DNA of 64,000 nucleotides from Candidatus Omnitrophota bacterium (GTDB lineage Bacteria; Omnitrophota; Gorgyraeia; Aquiviventales; Aquiviventaceae): NCBI GenBank assembly GCA_023247255.1, contig JAHFGV010000005.1, positions 6,067 to 70,066 of the forward strand, read 5' to 3'. Shown piece by piece: positions 9,446 to 20,940 of this stretch (position 1 is its first letter; each line of letters starts with the position of its first letter). The notes under the pieces were generated by a model. It saw only the letters and a program-made list of their open reading frames with translations, ran no database searches and was not told where the DNA came from. The position numbers and the translations under genes were made by a program.

Positions 9446-9676
9446 ATGCGTGCCGATTGGTCGACTTGGGCCCAGCAAGCGGGATTGTTGACGTCCATTC
9501 CCTTTGTATTGCTAGTCGGTCCCGCGATCGGCTACTCTCTCGGTGCTGCCTTAGATCATCGATGGCCCTATACTCCTTGTGGATTGGTGGGAGGAATTGT
9601 CTTAGGATTTCTCGCAAGTGGTAAGGTAACGATTCAATTGATTCGTCAGGCGCAGAAACTCAATCGCAATGGGTGA
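9446..9676 (+). CDS. small membrane protein, AtpZ/AtpI-family-like ATP synthase accessory protein
   Basis: 76 aa, two predicted TM helices, directly upstream of atpI/atpB. Confidence 0.45.
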   Translation: MRADWSTWAQQAGLLTSIPFVLLVGPAIGYSLGAALDHRWPYTPCGLVGGIVLGFLASGKVTIQLIRQAQKLNRNG

Positions 9677-10073
9677 CGCATTCATTCGACGACTGTGGCG
9701 CTTGGGCAGTACCCTCTTGTTAGTCAGTGGAGGGCTTGCCGGTTCTTTTTACGGTATTCGGGGTGCGCTCGGTGTGCTCTCAGGAGGGTTCTGGAATTTA
9801 ATCAACCTCTGGTGCCTTCAGAATTTGCTCAACGCTTGGTTAGGCACTACGCGCTCTACCCGTCGAGTTGTGGGGTGGATAGTGCTTAAGTTCTTATTCC
9901 TCTATGGGCTCGTAGTGCTCCTGTTGCGCCATCCAGCCATTTCCCTCATGGGGTTTGGTATTGGGTTTACTATTATATTGATCAGCGCCATCGGTATCTT
10001 TGCGGTCCAAGCAAGGGGTTTGATTGTCACTGTTTCCCAAGCAGGTCCCGGTGCAGTCCGTGGCTATCGCTGA
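9669..10073 (+). CDS. atpI: ATP synthase protein I-like membrane protein
   Basis: 134 aa hydrophobic protein between the atpZ-like gene and atpB, in the conserved operon position. Confidence 0.45.
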   Translation: MGDAFIRRLWRLGSTLLLVSGGLAGSFYGIRGALGVLSGGFWNLINLWCLQNLLNAWLGTTRSTRRVVGWIVLKFLFLYGLVVLLLRHPAISLMGFGIGFTIILISAIGIFAVQARGLIVTVSQAGPGAVRGYR

Positions 10074-10076
10074 AAA

Positions 10077-10928
10077 TTGACAGATATGATCGCTGAAGCC
10101 CTCGAACGCGCTTCCCACCCAGTCGAACAAGCGACCGCGCATGCGGCAGCGTCCGCTGGATCTCACGGGACAGAGATTCCGGAACTCGCTAACTGGATCA
10201 GTCTGATAAATCATCGCCTTGCTGACTCAGCCTTTGTTGCGTGGCTTCATCACTGGGAGGATTTAGCTTTTTCACTGTTGGTGGGTCTTATGCTTTGTGC
10301 CATCAGTTGGCTCTATGCGAGAAAACCCTCAATGGTACCGCGGGGCCCGCAAAACCTCCTGGAGCTTTTAGTCGAAAGTATCGACCAATCTGTGCAAGGT
10401 ATCCTGGGTAAGGCAGGACGGCGCTACACACCCTTTATCGGCACGCTGTTTCTATACATCTTGCTTATGAACCTGTCTGTGTTGATTCCTGGTATGAAAT
10501 CCGCAACGTCCCGATTGAACACAACGCTTGGGTTGGCTCTGGTTGTTTTCTGCCACGTGCAGTGGATTGGCATAAAATCCAGAGGGTTCCTTAAGTATCT
10601 CGATCATCTGGCCGGCTCGCCACGAGATGCCGTTGGCTGGACGCTGATACCCCTGATGTTTCCGATCCATCTGTTGGGTGAGATCGTCAAGCCCATGAGC
10701 CTGAGCTTGCGACTCGGCTTCAATGTTTTTGCGGAAGATGTGCTGTTGGCGGTCCTGGTGGGTTTGGGGCTCTCGGCAGGCTTGTTACTCCATTTGCCCG
10801 TTGGCCTGCCGCTTCAGACGTTTGTTGTCCCTTTGGTTTTGATCTTTAGTACGGTGCAGGCTCTGGTATTCAGCCTGCTGAGTACAATTTACATCGCACT
10901 TTTGTTACCTCACGAAGCGCATCATTAG
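10077..10928 (+). CDS. atpB: F0F1 ATP synthase subunit a
   Basis: 283 aa subunit a-like, including the conserved Arg region (LSLRLGFNVFAEDVLLAVL). Confidence 0.9.
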   Translation: MTDMIAEALERASHPVEQATAHAAASAGSHGTEIPELANWISLINHRLADSAFVAWLHHWEDLAFSLLVGLMLCAISWLYARKPSMVPRGPQNLLELLVESIDQSVQGILGKAGRRYTPFIGTLFLYILLMNLSVLIPGMKSATSRLNTTLGLALVVFCHVQWIGIKSRGFLKYLDHLAGSPRDAVGWTLIPLMFPIHLLGEIVKPMSLSLRLGFNVFAEDVLLAVLVGLGLSAGLLLHLPVGLPLQTFVVPLVLIFSTVQALVFSLLSTIYIALLLPHEAHH

Positions 10929-10956
10929 TACACTAGAAACAAGGAGGAGAATCGCT

Positions 10957-11199
10957 ATGCCACAGACGTATCAAGCGATGTTGGCACTCACTGTGCCGTT
11001 AGCCTTAGGGTTAGCCGCGATGGCCTCGGCGTTCGGCTTGGGCCGAGCAGTGAGTGCTGCCATGGAAGCCATTGCGCGTCAGCCAGAAGCCGGTGGACAG
11101 ATCCAAACCACTATGATCATCGGCTGCGCCCTCATCGAAGCGTTGACGATCTATGTTCTTGTCATCGCCTTCGTCCTTCAAGGCAAGATTACCGTCTAG
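10957..11199 (+). CDS. atpE: F0F1 ATP synthase subunit c
   Basis: 80 aa c-subunit hairpin (GLGRAVSAAMEAIARQPEA ... IGCALIEALTIYVLVIAF). Confidence 0.9.
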   Translation: MPQTYQAMLALTVPLALGLAAMASAFGLGRAVSAAMEAIARQPEAGGQIQTTMIIGCALIEALTIYVLVIAFVLQGKITV

Positions 11200-11260
11200 A
11201 AAACTGCCTGTTTGTATGCTTTCCAGTCACTGGTCACTGACCACGGATCTCTGAATTTCG

Positions 11261-11773
11261 ATGCCTCCTATTCTGCAACTGGACGTCCAGCAGATTATTT
11301 CACAGGCCATCAGCTTTCTAATCCTGCTGTGGGTGCTTAAGCGTTTTGCCTGGCGTCCGCTGCTTTCGATGCTCGATCAGCGTCGGGAGCGTATCGATCA
11401 GGACTTAGCGCAGGCGGCGGCCAAGAAAGAAGAGCTGACGCGCCTTGAGGAAGACTACCGCAAGCGCTTGGCGGCGATCGACCAGGAAGCCCGGCTAAAG
11501 ATTCAGGAAGCTGTTCAGGAAGGCAAACAGGTGGCTATGGAGATTCAAGGACAGGCGCGTGTTGCGGCTCAAAACATCCTGGCGAAAGCCCAGGAAACGG
11601 TAGAGATGGAACTCTCCAAGGCTAAAGTTACATTGAGGGATCAAGTGGTTGAGATGACTTTAGAGGCGCTCGAACGCATGCTGCGCAAAAAACTCGACGC
11701 CCAGACGGATCGTCTGCTCATCGAAGCGTCCCTCGAAGAGCTGGAGCAGCAACAATCCACGAAGACTTCGTGA
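11261..11773 (+). CDS. atpF: F0F1 ATP synthase subunit b
   Basis: 170 aa with an N-terminal TM helix then a long charged coiled coil. Confidence 0.8.
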   Translation: MPPILQLDVQQIISQAISFLILLWVLKRFAWRPLLSMLDQRRERIDQDLAQAAAKKEELTRLEEDYRKRLAAIDQEARLKIQEAVQEGKQVAMEIQGQARVAAQNILAKAQETVEMELSKAKVTLRDQVVEMTLEALERMLRKKLDAQTDRLLIEASLEELEQQQSTKTS

Positions 11774-11885
11774 ATTGCCGATTTTCGATTTTGGGCTGAG
11801 AGAATTTTCGATTGTAGATTTTAGATTGTCGATTGGAAAACACGACAAATCGACAATCGAAAATTGACAATCGACGATTCGTTGG
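11774..11885. repeat. palindromic cgattgtcgatt / aatcgacaatcga repeat element (atpF-atpH gap)
   Basis: Multiple copies of (t)cgattgtcgatt and its complement aatcgacaatcgaaaatt around a dyad centre. A related copy lies at 19281-19366. Confidence 0.5.
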
Positions 11886-11940
11886 GCCTTAAGCCAAAAG
11901 CCTTGAGCAAACAGATATTTTCCGTAGCCTGCTAGTACGA

Positions 11941-12489
11941 ATGGTAATGAATCCCATCGCGAGTCGCTACGCCGAAGCCCTCTTAGAAGTATCCAAGGAT
12001 GCAGATGCGGTTGATGAGACGCTGGGGCAACTCCTCATCATCCGCCAGGCGCTTCAGGAACATCCCGATGCTCGGGGGCTGTTCTACAATCCTGACGTGA
12101 CGCCCAAGGAGAAAGTGGCGGTGTTGGATCGATCGGTGCAAGGTCAATGGACGGGCTTAGTGCGTTCCTTCATCCAAGTGGTCGCTTCCTTTAACCGCGC
12201 CGAATGCCTCGATGAGATCATTGAGGCTTTTGGGCAAGCGGTGGATGCTGCGCAGGGACGTCTGCGAGTCACCGTTCGCTCAGCGTCCGCGATTTCCGAA
12301 GAACTCCTGGAACGTTTGCGCCTGAGCTTGGCTAAGCGGGAAGGCAAGGAGATTCTCCTGCGCAGGGAACTGGACGCGCAGCTTATCGGAGGCTTGCAGA
12401 TCGTTTTGGATCATCGCGTCATCGATGGTTCGCTGCGTCGGCAGTTGACGGAGTTGCGCCAGCGTCTGCGTCGTGTGAGGGTCCACTAA
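11941..12489 (+). CDS. atpH: F0F1 ATP synthase subunit delta
   Basis: 182 aa, OSCP/delta-like ([14 protein letters not shown] ... [10 protein letters not shown]). Confidence 0.8.
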   Translation: MVMNPIASRYAEALLEVSKDADAVDETLGQLLIIRQALQEHPDARGLFYNPDVTPKEKVAVLDRSVQGQWTGLVRSFIQVVASFNRAECLDEIIEAFGQAVDAAQGRLRVTVRSASAISEELLERLRLSLAKREGKEILLRRELDAQLIGGLQIVLDHRVIDGSLRRQLTELRQRLRRVRVH

Positions 12490-12493
12490 GAAA

Positions 12494-14038
12494 ATGGCTC
12501 GATTACATCCTGAAGAAGTCTCACTTGCCTTAAAGCAAGAGATTGAACGTTACAAGAGCCAGGTGCGCTTAGATTCTGTTGGGCGCGTCATCCAGGTGGG
12601 GGATGGGATTGCCCGCATCTATGGCCTCGACGATGCGATGGCTGGGGAGCTTTTGGAATTTCCCGGGCAAACGATGGGGATGGTCTTCAACCTGGAAGAA
12701 CATCACGTCGGCGCGGTCATCTTTGGATCCGACAGACACATCAAGGATGGGGATGGGGTTAAACGCACCAACCGCATCGCCTCTGTTCCGGTTGGAGCAG
12801 CCCTTTTGGGACGTGTGGTGGACGCCTTGGGCCGGCCGCTCGATGGGAAAGGGCCGATCGTCACCGATCATTTTCGCCCGATCGAGTCACGATCCCCCAA
12901 CGTGGTGCAGCGTCAGCCGGTCAAGGAACCAGTGCAGACGGGAATCCAGGCGATCGATGCGATGATTCCCATCGGCCGCGGCCAGCGTGAGCTCATCCTC
13001 GGGGACCGTCAGATCGGAAAGACTGCCATTCTCATCGATACCCTGCTCAACCAGAAGGGCAAAGACCTGTTCTGTATTTATGTCGCCATCGGCCAGAAGC
13101 TCTCCAGCGTCGTTGCCGTCGTGGAAACGCTCCAAAAATACGACGCCATGGATTACACGATCGTCGTCGTAGCGTCCGCGGAAGATCCCGCATCCCTGCA
13201 ATACCTCGCTCCCTATGCCGGCTGCGCGATGGGCGAGGAGTTTATGGCCGTCGGCAAACATGCCCTGTGCGTGTACGACGATCTTTCCAAGCACGCCCAG
13301 GCTTATCGGCAACTCTCCTTGCTTCTGCGTCGTCCTCCTGGCCGCGAGGCCTATCCGGGCGACGTCTTCTACCTCCACTCGCGTCTTTTGGAACGCGCGG
13401 CCAAGCTCCGCGAGGATCTGGGTGGGGGCAGCCTCACCGCCATTCCTGTGATCGAAACTCAGGCGGGTGACGTTTCAGCCTATATTCCAACCAACGTCAT
13501 TTCGATTACGGACGGGCAGATCTACCTCGAAGGGGATCTTTTCTACTCCGGCGTGCGTCCGGCCATCAACGTCGGGCTATCCGTCTCGCGTGTCGGGGGA
13601 AGCGCCCAGACAAAGGCCATGAAAAAAGTGGCCGGCCGTTTGCGTCTCAACCTGGCCCAGTACCGGGAACTGGTTGCATTCACGCAATTCGGCTCGGAAC
13701 TCGATCGAGCGACGCAAGCCCAACTGACGCGTGGGGAGCGAATGGTCGAGATCCTCAAGCAAGGCCAGTATGAGCCCATGAGCCTGGCGCATCAGGTGGC
13801 GATCATTTATGTCGGAGGCCAGGGTCATCTCGACGATATCCCCAAAGATCAGGTCAAGCCATTCGAGGAGGCCTTCCACCGTTTTATCGACGAGCACTAC
13901 CCGGACGTCATTCATGAAATCGAAAAGACCAAAGACCTCTCCGAAACGATTGCCAAGCGCTTGGATGAGGCCGCCGTCAAATGCAAGCAACAATTTTTAT
14001 CAGCAATAGCAAATGGCTCGATGGCACATAGCAGATAG
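12494..14038 (+). CDS. atpA: F0F1 ATP synthase subunit alpha
   Basis: 514 aa with Walker [11 protein letters not shown] and typical alpha-subunit conservation. Confidence 0.95.
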   Translation: MARLHPEEVSLALKQEIERYKSQVRLDSVGRVIQVGDGIARIYGLDDAMAGELLEFPGQTMGMVFNLEEHHVGAVIFGSDRHIKDGDGVKRTNRIASVPVGAALLGRVVDALGRPLDGKGPIVTDHFRPIESRSPNVVQRQPVKEPVQTGIQAIDAMIPIGRGQRELILGDRQIGKTAILIDTLLNQKGKDLFCIYVAIGQKLSSVVAVVETLQKYDAMDYTIVVVASAEDPASLQYLAPYAGCAMGEEFMAVGKHALCVYDDLSKHAQAYRQLSLLLRRPPGREAYPGDVFYLHSRLLERAAKLREDLGGGSLTAIPVIETQAGDVSAYIPTNVISITDGQIYLEGDLFYSGVRPAINVGLSVSRVGGSAQTKAMKKVAGRLRLNLAQYRELVAFTQFGSELDRATQAQLTRGERMVEILKQGQYEPMSLAHQVAIIYVGGQGHLDDIPKDQVKPFEEAFHRFIDEHYPDVIHEIEKTKDLSETIAKRLDEAAVKCKQQFLSAIANGSMAHSR

Positions 14039-14160
14039 TAAAGAGCAAAGAATCCGCGCAACACTTATGGCACAAGAAAAGAGAATTCACGAACGACGTA
14101 CTTTTCTTTGCTATTTGCTATCGAGCTATCTGCTAAGTGCTGTGTGTTGATTGGTGGATT

Positions 14161-15060
14161 ATGGCTTCCTTGCGTCAACTCCGGCAACGCATCAAGAGCG
14201 TTCAAAATAGCTCGCAGATCATGCGGGCGATGCAATTGGTTTCCGCCTCAAAGCTCAAGCGCACGCAGGTGAAACTCCTTCGCTCTCGCGAGGTTATGCA
14301 GTTTCTCGATGATCTACTCCAGCGCGTACTGGCGGCATCTGCCGATCTGTCGCACCCTTTATGCGTCTCGCGCAAGGAAGGCCCTTGTGCCCTGGTTCTG
14401 TTTACATCGGACGCCGGCTTGAGCGGCTCTTACAACACCCGTCTGATTCAATTAGCCGAGGCGCACTTAAGGCGGGACAGTCTATCTCCGACGCAGCTTT
14501 ATTTCATCGGAAAGAAAGGCTACCGTTATTTCACCAAGCGAGGCTTTGCAGCTACGCAGGCCTATACGGATTTGGCGGGCCGGTTTGAGCCGAAAAAGAC
14601 TCTACCCATCGCCCAGGATTTGATGGACCGTTTTCTTTCCGGAAAACTCGCCGCCATCGAGTTCCTCTACTGCCGATTTGTCTCCGCCGCCGTTTATCAT
14701 CCGACTATCGTTTCATGGCTTCCCATCCAATTCAGCAGACAGCACGTAGCAGACAGCACACAGAAAATCAGCAATCAGCGCTCAACGATCAGTGAACCGA
14801 CGGAGTATATCTTCGAGCCATCCCCTCAAGCCATCTTTGAGGATTTGCTGCCGCGCTGGGCGATGGCTAAGTTTCAATGTATTCTGCTTGAGGCTTTTAC
14901 CTCCGAGCACAGCGCCCGCATGATCGCCATGAAAAACGCCACGGAAAACGCGCAAGAAATCCTCAAGACCCTGACGATGCAGCGCAACAAAATCCGCCAA
15001 GCATCCATCACCAAGGAACTGAGCGAAATCGTCGGCACCGCGGAAGCCCTCAAGGAGTGA
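14161..15060 (+). CDS. atpG: F0F1 ATP synthase subunit gamma
   Basis: Start MASLRQLRQRIKSVQN and C-terminus IVGTAEALKE are typical of gamma. Confidence 0.85.
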   Translation: MASLRQLRQRIKSVQNSSQIMRAMQLVSASKLKRTQVKLLRSREVMQFLDDLLQRVLAASADLSHPLCVSRKEGPCALVLFTSDAGLSGSYNTRLIQLAEAHLRRDSLSPTQLYFIGKKGYRYFTKRGFAATQAYTDLAGRFEPKKTLPIAQDLMDRFLSGKLAAIEFLYCRFVSAAVYHPTIVSWLPIQFSRQHVADSTQKISNQRSTISEPTEYIFEPSPQAIFEDLLPRWAMAKFQCILLEAFTSEHSARMIAMKNATENAQEILKTLTMQRNKIRQASITKELSEIVGTAEALKE

Positions 15061-15131
15061 GCCGTTGACAGGCGTCAAGAAGCAAGGTATCCTTTTTTAT
15101 GGATTATCCAGAAGAAAGGAGGTGCGGTACG

Positions 15132-15392
15132 ATGACCAAGGGACTGGTGGCGCCGATATCCTCCAAGGGGCAGGTGACACTCCCAAAAGGTGTGCGCGAG
15201 CTCCTTCACGTAGAGCGTGGCGACTATATCCGCTTTGAGCCAAAGGTTGACGGAGTATGGGTCACAAAAATCCGGCTTGAGCCAGAGGGGTTCTCTGAGA
15301 ATGAGTGGAAGACCCTTGAGCGTTTAGCGCGTCAGAAAGGTAAGCGATACACCGATGCAAAGGCCTTTCTCAAAGATCTCGAAGCGCTCTGA
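15132..15392 (+). CDS. AbrB/MazE (SpoVT_AbrB)-type antitoxin
   Basis: 86 aa from MTKGLVAPISSKGQVTLPKGVRELLHVERGDYIRFE (swapped-hairpin AbrB-like). A RelE/ParE-like gene follows 9 nt later. Confidence 0.6.
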   Translation: MTKGLVAPISSKGQVTLPKGVRELLHVERGDYIRFEPKVDGVWVTKIRLEPEGFSENEWKTLERLARQKGKRYTDAKAFLKDLEAL

Positions 15393-15401
15393 TGCGTTCT
15401 G

Positions 15402-15680
15402 ATGCGTTATGAGCGCAAGCCATCCTTTAGCCGGTCTCTGCGACGTTTGCCCCCTGATCGGAAGGTACGCATCAAAGATGCGATTCGCAACCTTGTGATC
15501 TTCCTCGAAACCAAACAGCAGCCGCATGGGCTTGGCTTAAAACGTCTGCGAGCAGACTACTGGCAGGTGCGGGCAGGATTGGGGGATCGGGTTATCTTCC
15601 GACTGGTCGATGACCTCATTGAGTTTGTGATTGTTGGGAGTCATGATGAGATCCAACGGTTTCTACGTCATTCCGTTTGA
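15402..15680 (+). CDS. RelE/ParE-family toxin
   Basis: 92 aa. LKRLRADYWQVRAGLGDRVIFRLVDDLIEFVIVGSHDEI matches the RelE/ParE core pattern G-x-Y-R-x-R-x-G-D-Y-R-i-i-Y ... H. Confidence 0.55.
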   Translation: MRYERKPSFSRSLRRLPPDRKVRIKDAIRNLVIFLETKQQPHGLGLKRLRADYWQVRAGLGDRVIFRLVDDLIEFVIVGSHDEIQRFLRHSV

Positions 15681-15715
15681 ATCGTCGGCACGGCCGAGGC
15701 CCTCAAGTGACATGA

Positions 15716-17239
<1,524 letters not shown>

Positions 17240-17320
17240 CCCCACCCCCTGTCTGCGTGCTGAAGGCACGCCACGTTGTACAGGATCCCCAGGCTGCTGA
17301 TCAGTGAAGAGAGTCAATCC

Positions 17321-17611
17321 ATGACGATGACATTGCGGGTGCTGACGCCGGAAGGCCTCTACATGAAAGAGGAAGCTACAGCCATCCGTGCGCCCGGCAC
17401 TTTGGGTTACCTCGGTGTTCTCCGAAATCACGCGCCGCTGGTCACTACCATTCAACCGGGCAAACTCACCTGGAAGACAACCACCGGAGAGTCTCACGGG
17501 TTGCTCCTCGAGAGCGGTCTGATGGAAGTGATGCGCAACCAGGTGACCCTTCTCGTCGATCGTGTGCGGCCATTCGATTCATCAAAGACCCGCAGCGGGG
17601 CAACGCCATGA
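17321..17611 (+). CDS. atpC: F0F1 ATP synthase subunit epsilon (short, N-terminal beta-sandwich domain only)
   Basis: MTLRVLTPEGLYMKEEATAIRAPGTLGYLGVLRNHAPLVTTIQPG is an epsilon N-domain. About 96 aa, so the C-terminal helical hairpin appears to be missing. Confidence 0.7.
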   Translation: MTMTLRVLTPEGLYMKEEATAIRAPGTLGYLGVLRNHAPLVTTIQPGKLTWKTTTGESHGLLLESGLMEVMRNQVTLLVDRVRPFDSSKTRSGATP

Positions 17612-19023
17612 GCAGCGACTGGATTTCCGCCAAGCGAGACTGGATCGGGTACGCCCTTTGCGTCGGGCTCACGCCTGTTTTGCTTTCCCGCCTCGGGCTG
17701 ACGGGGAGGCAAGTCATCGCCGTGGGTGGCTTCTGCACCATCCTGTATGGAGCGATCTTTTTTTGGAAGTGGCGGCTGGCCTTCGCGTGCTTCGGCATCA
17801 GTTTCCTTCTGAGTTTGGGCCTATTGGATGTGCCGCATCTGGTTGAGTTCGCCGGGCTAGACATCATCCTATTTCTCATCGCGATGATGACCGTTATCGG
17901 TTTCTTGGAAGAGAAACATTTTTTCGAGTTCGTGATCGATCGCCTCTTGCTTCTCATCGGCCCGCACCCGAAGCGCATCATGGTGGTGATGATGGTGATG
18001 GCCGCTGTTTCTGCTGCCCTGGTGGATGAGGTCACCTCGATTCTCTTCATGGTCGCGGCGATGCTCAATCTGCTCGGCCGTGCGAAGATCAATCCTGCCC
18101 CGTTTATTCTCATGCTCGTCTTCACGACCAACGTCGGATCCAGCGCAACCGTCGTGGGCAATCCGGTCGGTGTCATCATCGCGCTTCGCAGCGGGCTTAC
18201 CTTCATGGATTTTCTCCGATGGGCAACACCGATCTCTGCACTCTGTCTGGCGTTGACCATCTATCTGTGTCTGCGCCTTTTTAAGCGGGACATCAAAGCC
18301 CTCAAGACGGTCCTGGCCGGCCCCAGAGGGGAGCGTCGGCTCGAAGCGATCGTTGAGGAAGAACATCTCACCAAGCGAGGCGTGCGGCAAGCCGGTTGGT
18401 TGTTTGGGTCGGTAATCGTTGGGCTGGTTCTTCATCATCCTCTGGAGTATCTGTTGCATCTTCCGAACAACACCATGCTTTTGGGAGTTGCCCTCATCGG
18501 TGCAGGGATAGCCCTTGGCCTAATCGGCGACAAAGCCAGGGATCTCGTCGAAAAGCGGGTGGACTGGTGGACGCTTACTTTCTTTATCTTTCTATTTGCC
18601 TCGGTGGGGACACTCAAACAGACTGGTGTCACCAGTGTTATTGCCCGCAGCATCATCGAGCTTTCAGGGGGAAGCATCGCTGTGTTGACGAGTCTGTTTG
18701 CGTGGAGCTCGGGTATTCTTACCTCGGTGATGGACAACGTTCTTGCCGTCGCCACCTTCGTGCCGATTATCAGCGACGTTTCCCAGCAGGGGATTCAAAC
18801 CTTTCCCCTCTGGTGGGCGATGCTGATGGGAGGGACCTTGATGGGAAACGCGACGCTGATTGGTTCAACCGCCAATATCGTGGCTGTAGGGGTCATGGAG
18901 CGTCGAAAGCTCGGGGAAATTACCTTTGCGCAGTGGTTAGGCCCTGGCATGCTCATCGGCATCGCGACACTCCTTCTGGCTAACCTCCTTGTACTTGCGC
19001 AACTTCCGATCATGCCGCAGTGA
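17608..19023 (+). CDS. ArsB/NhaD-superfamily (CitMHS/YbiR-like) anion permease
   Basis: 471 aa polytopic membrane protein with duplicated halves. Start overlaps the atpC stop (ATGA). Confidence 0.65.
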   Translation: MSSDWISAKRDWIGYALCVGLTPVLLSRLGLTGRQVIAVGGFCTILYGAIFFWKWRLAFACFGISFLLSLGLLDVPHLVEFAGLDIILFLIAMMTVIGFLEEKHFFEFVIDRLLLLIGPHPKRIMVVMMVMAAVSAALVDEVTSILFMVAAMLNLLGRAKINPAPFILMLVFTTNVGSSATVVGNPVGVIIALRSGLTFMDFLRWATPISALCLALTIYLCLRLFKRDIKALKTVLAGPRGERRLEAIVEEEHLTKRGVRQAGWLFGSVIVGLVLHHPLEYLLHLPNNTMLLGVALIGAGIALGLIGDKARDLVEKRVDWWTLTFFIFLFASVGTLKQTGVTSVIARSIIELSGGSIAVLTSLFAWSSGILTSVMDNVLAVATFVPIISDVSQQGIQTFPLWWAMLMGGTLMGNATLIGSTANIVAVGVMERRKLGEITFAQWLGPGMLIGIATLLLANLLVLAQLPIMPQ

Positions 19024-19139
19024 CCTGTAGCGCCCACGTCTTTAGTGACGCCGTCTCACACGCCGTCTCTCTAAGTTTGGTTCCATCGCCCACAGCAGGT
19101 ATAATAAAAACTCGTTAACGGCTTTAATCTTAACGCTTC

Positions 19140-19213
19140 GGGCGGTTAGCTCAGTTGGTTAGAGCGTCTGATTTACATTCAGAAGGTCGGGGGTTCGAGT
19201 CCTCCACCGCCCA
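19140..19213 (+). tRNA. tRNA-Val (anticodon TAC)
   Basis: Cloverleaf: acceptor GGGCGGT/ACCGCCC, D arm GCTC-AGTTGGTTA-GAGC, anticodon stem TCTGA/TCAGA with loop TTTACAT, T arm GGGGG-TTCGAGT-CCTCC. No encoded CCA. Confidence 0.85.
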
Positions 19214-19280
19214 GGTTTTTAACCTCCTGGTGTGGAGGATTCGAAGGGAGCCGAGCCTTCGGTCAATCAAGAGAGCCGAG

Positions 19281-19366
19281 GGAATTGTCGATTGACGATT
19301 GTCGATTTTTGATTGAACGGCCGTCTTCCAATCGACAATCCAAAATCGACAATCGAAAATTCCCAG
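19281..19366. repeat. palindromic cgattgtcgatt-family repeat element
   Basis: gggaattgtcgattgacgattgtcgatttttgattgaacgg | ccgtcttccaatcgacaatccaaaatcgacaatcgaaaattccc. Imperfect 86-bp palindrome related to 11774-11885. Confidence 0.5.
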
Positions 19367-19516
19367 GCTGTTTCATGATTCCTTAGGCGAGGCGGATGGC
19401 CGACCGGAACGAGCCGAAGGCGAGTGAAGGCGCCGAGTCCTCCACCGCCCGTATAAATTTTGCTTCGAAATGTGAGTGACCCGTTCATTAGTTTTATAGA
19501 TAAAGGACATTAGGAT

Positions 19517-20803
19517 ATGTGTGCGCGACTTGTTTTATTCGTTATTAGTCTGCTCCTCGGTTGGTTCAGTAGTCACAGGTTTTGTGCCGCTCAATCCCAA
19601 ACATCCGTTGCCCAAGATTCCAGCGGTTCGTACAACGCCGGGCTCACGCTGGTCGATGTTCCTTATCCGTCGGGGCGCGGTGAGGAAGCGATCATCACAA
19701 CGGCGGTGTGGTATCCGACCCGACAAGCCCAGGATGAATACGCCTATCGATTGACCCAAGACTATATCAGCCAAGTCGCACTGGATGCTCCGGTTGCTCC
19801 AGGAGAGCCTTATCCTTTGGTTATCTATATCCACGGTGGTTTCTCCTCCGGATTCGCCTCATCGTTTTTCACGGAGGAGCTGGCCCGTCACGGCTATGTG
19901 GTGGTGGCCCCGGATTATGTGGATACGATCCCACCGGATTATACGCAGTCCTTGGCCTTCAGCCGGATGCGCCAGGGAAAGACTGCCCGGAATATCCAGG
20001 TTCTCAAAGCCGCCAAGCAATGGGTGGCTGACATGAACGCGGATTCAGATTTCTTTCTCTCTTATCTGGCGGCCCATCGGCTTCCGCAGACCTCGTTTAT
20101 CATCGACTGGATGCTCAGGCAGAATGCTCAGTCTAGCTCGATGTTCTACCAGGCTGTTGATTCCCAGGCGATCGGAGCCATTGGCTGGTCTGAGGGAGGC
20201 GTGACTATTTTGGCAAAGATTGGAGCCCATCCCGATCCATCCGTTCAGGATTCCAGGATCCGCGCAGCCCTGTTACTTTCATCTCCCGCCTTTCCGGATC
20301 GGTTTCAGCGGATTCGCATTCCCATCATGCTCATGGCTGGAGACGATGATGCTCCGGCAGTTCACCCTGAGAATCCCAGGCGTTTGATTGTTGACCAAGC
20401 GCCGGCGCAGAAATATCACCTCGTCCTTAAAGACACGAACCACTTTGATTTTGGTAACCGCGTCTGTGGCAACACCCCGTTGTATCTAGCCGTTACCCAA
20501 AAACCCAAGGCTCGGGTGATTTTCCAGTATGGGTATACCTTTTTTCAAAAACATCTACGTGGGGATTCCTCAGCCGACCGACGATTGACGCAAGCGGATT
20601 CTCTTTTAGCGTATTATCTATACGACACGAATCCTGCGGCCGAAGGGGTGGTTGAATTTGGAAAGGAGCCAGTATCCTCGGGCCGATCTTTAGGATTGGG
20701 TCATCGATTGCGTCAGCGGTCTGGATCGCAAGAGCAAGGTGGGGGAGGATCCAGCCGGCCGCTACGTCAGTTATTTCAGCGCTTGCGCAATCGCTCCGAA
20801 TAA
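19517..20803 (+). CDS. secreted alpha/beta hydrolase (dienelactone hydrolase / PAF-acetylhydrolase-like)
   Basis: Signal peptide, then LVIYIHGGFSSGF (oxyanion region) and GWSEGG (GxSxG nucleophile elbow). The C-terminal tail is Gly/Ser-rich. Confidence 0.55.
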   Translation: MCARLVLFVISLLLGWFSSHRFCAAQSQTSVAQDSSGSYNAGLTLVDVPYPSGRGEEAIITTAVWYPTRQAQDEYAYRLTQDYISQVALDAPVAPGEPYPLVIYIHGGFSSGFASSFFTEELARHGYVVVAPDYVDTIPPDYTQSLAFSRMRQGKTARNIQVLKAAKQWVADMNADSDFFLSYLAAHRLPQTSFIIDWMLRQNAQSSSMFYQAVDSQAIGAIGWSEGGVTILAKIGAHPDPSVQDSRIRAALLLSSPAFPDRFQRIRIPIMLMAGDDDAPAVHPENPRRLIVDQAPAQKYHLVLKDTNHFDFGNRVCGNTPLYLAVTQKPKARVIFQYGYTFFQKHLRGDSSADRRLTQADSLLAYYLYDTNPAAEGVVEFGKEPVSSGRSLGLGHRLRQRSGSQEQGGGGSSRPLRQLFQRLRNRSE

Positions 20804-20940
20804 ATTTCGCTGCGCGAATCTATCAGTACCGAACACGTTCAAACCGAGGTGGACGGAAGCTGCGATTCACGATACTATCGTCACTCCGACTGAAATCAGA
20901 GATTTTCTCCGTTACGCGTTTCGCATTGCACGGTTTTTCA

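Noticed and set aside
17466-18260. 264-aa minus-strand ORF
   Set aside because: Antisense to the ArsB/NhaD permease gene. Ser/Arg/Thr-rich translation.
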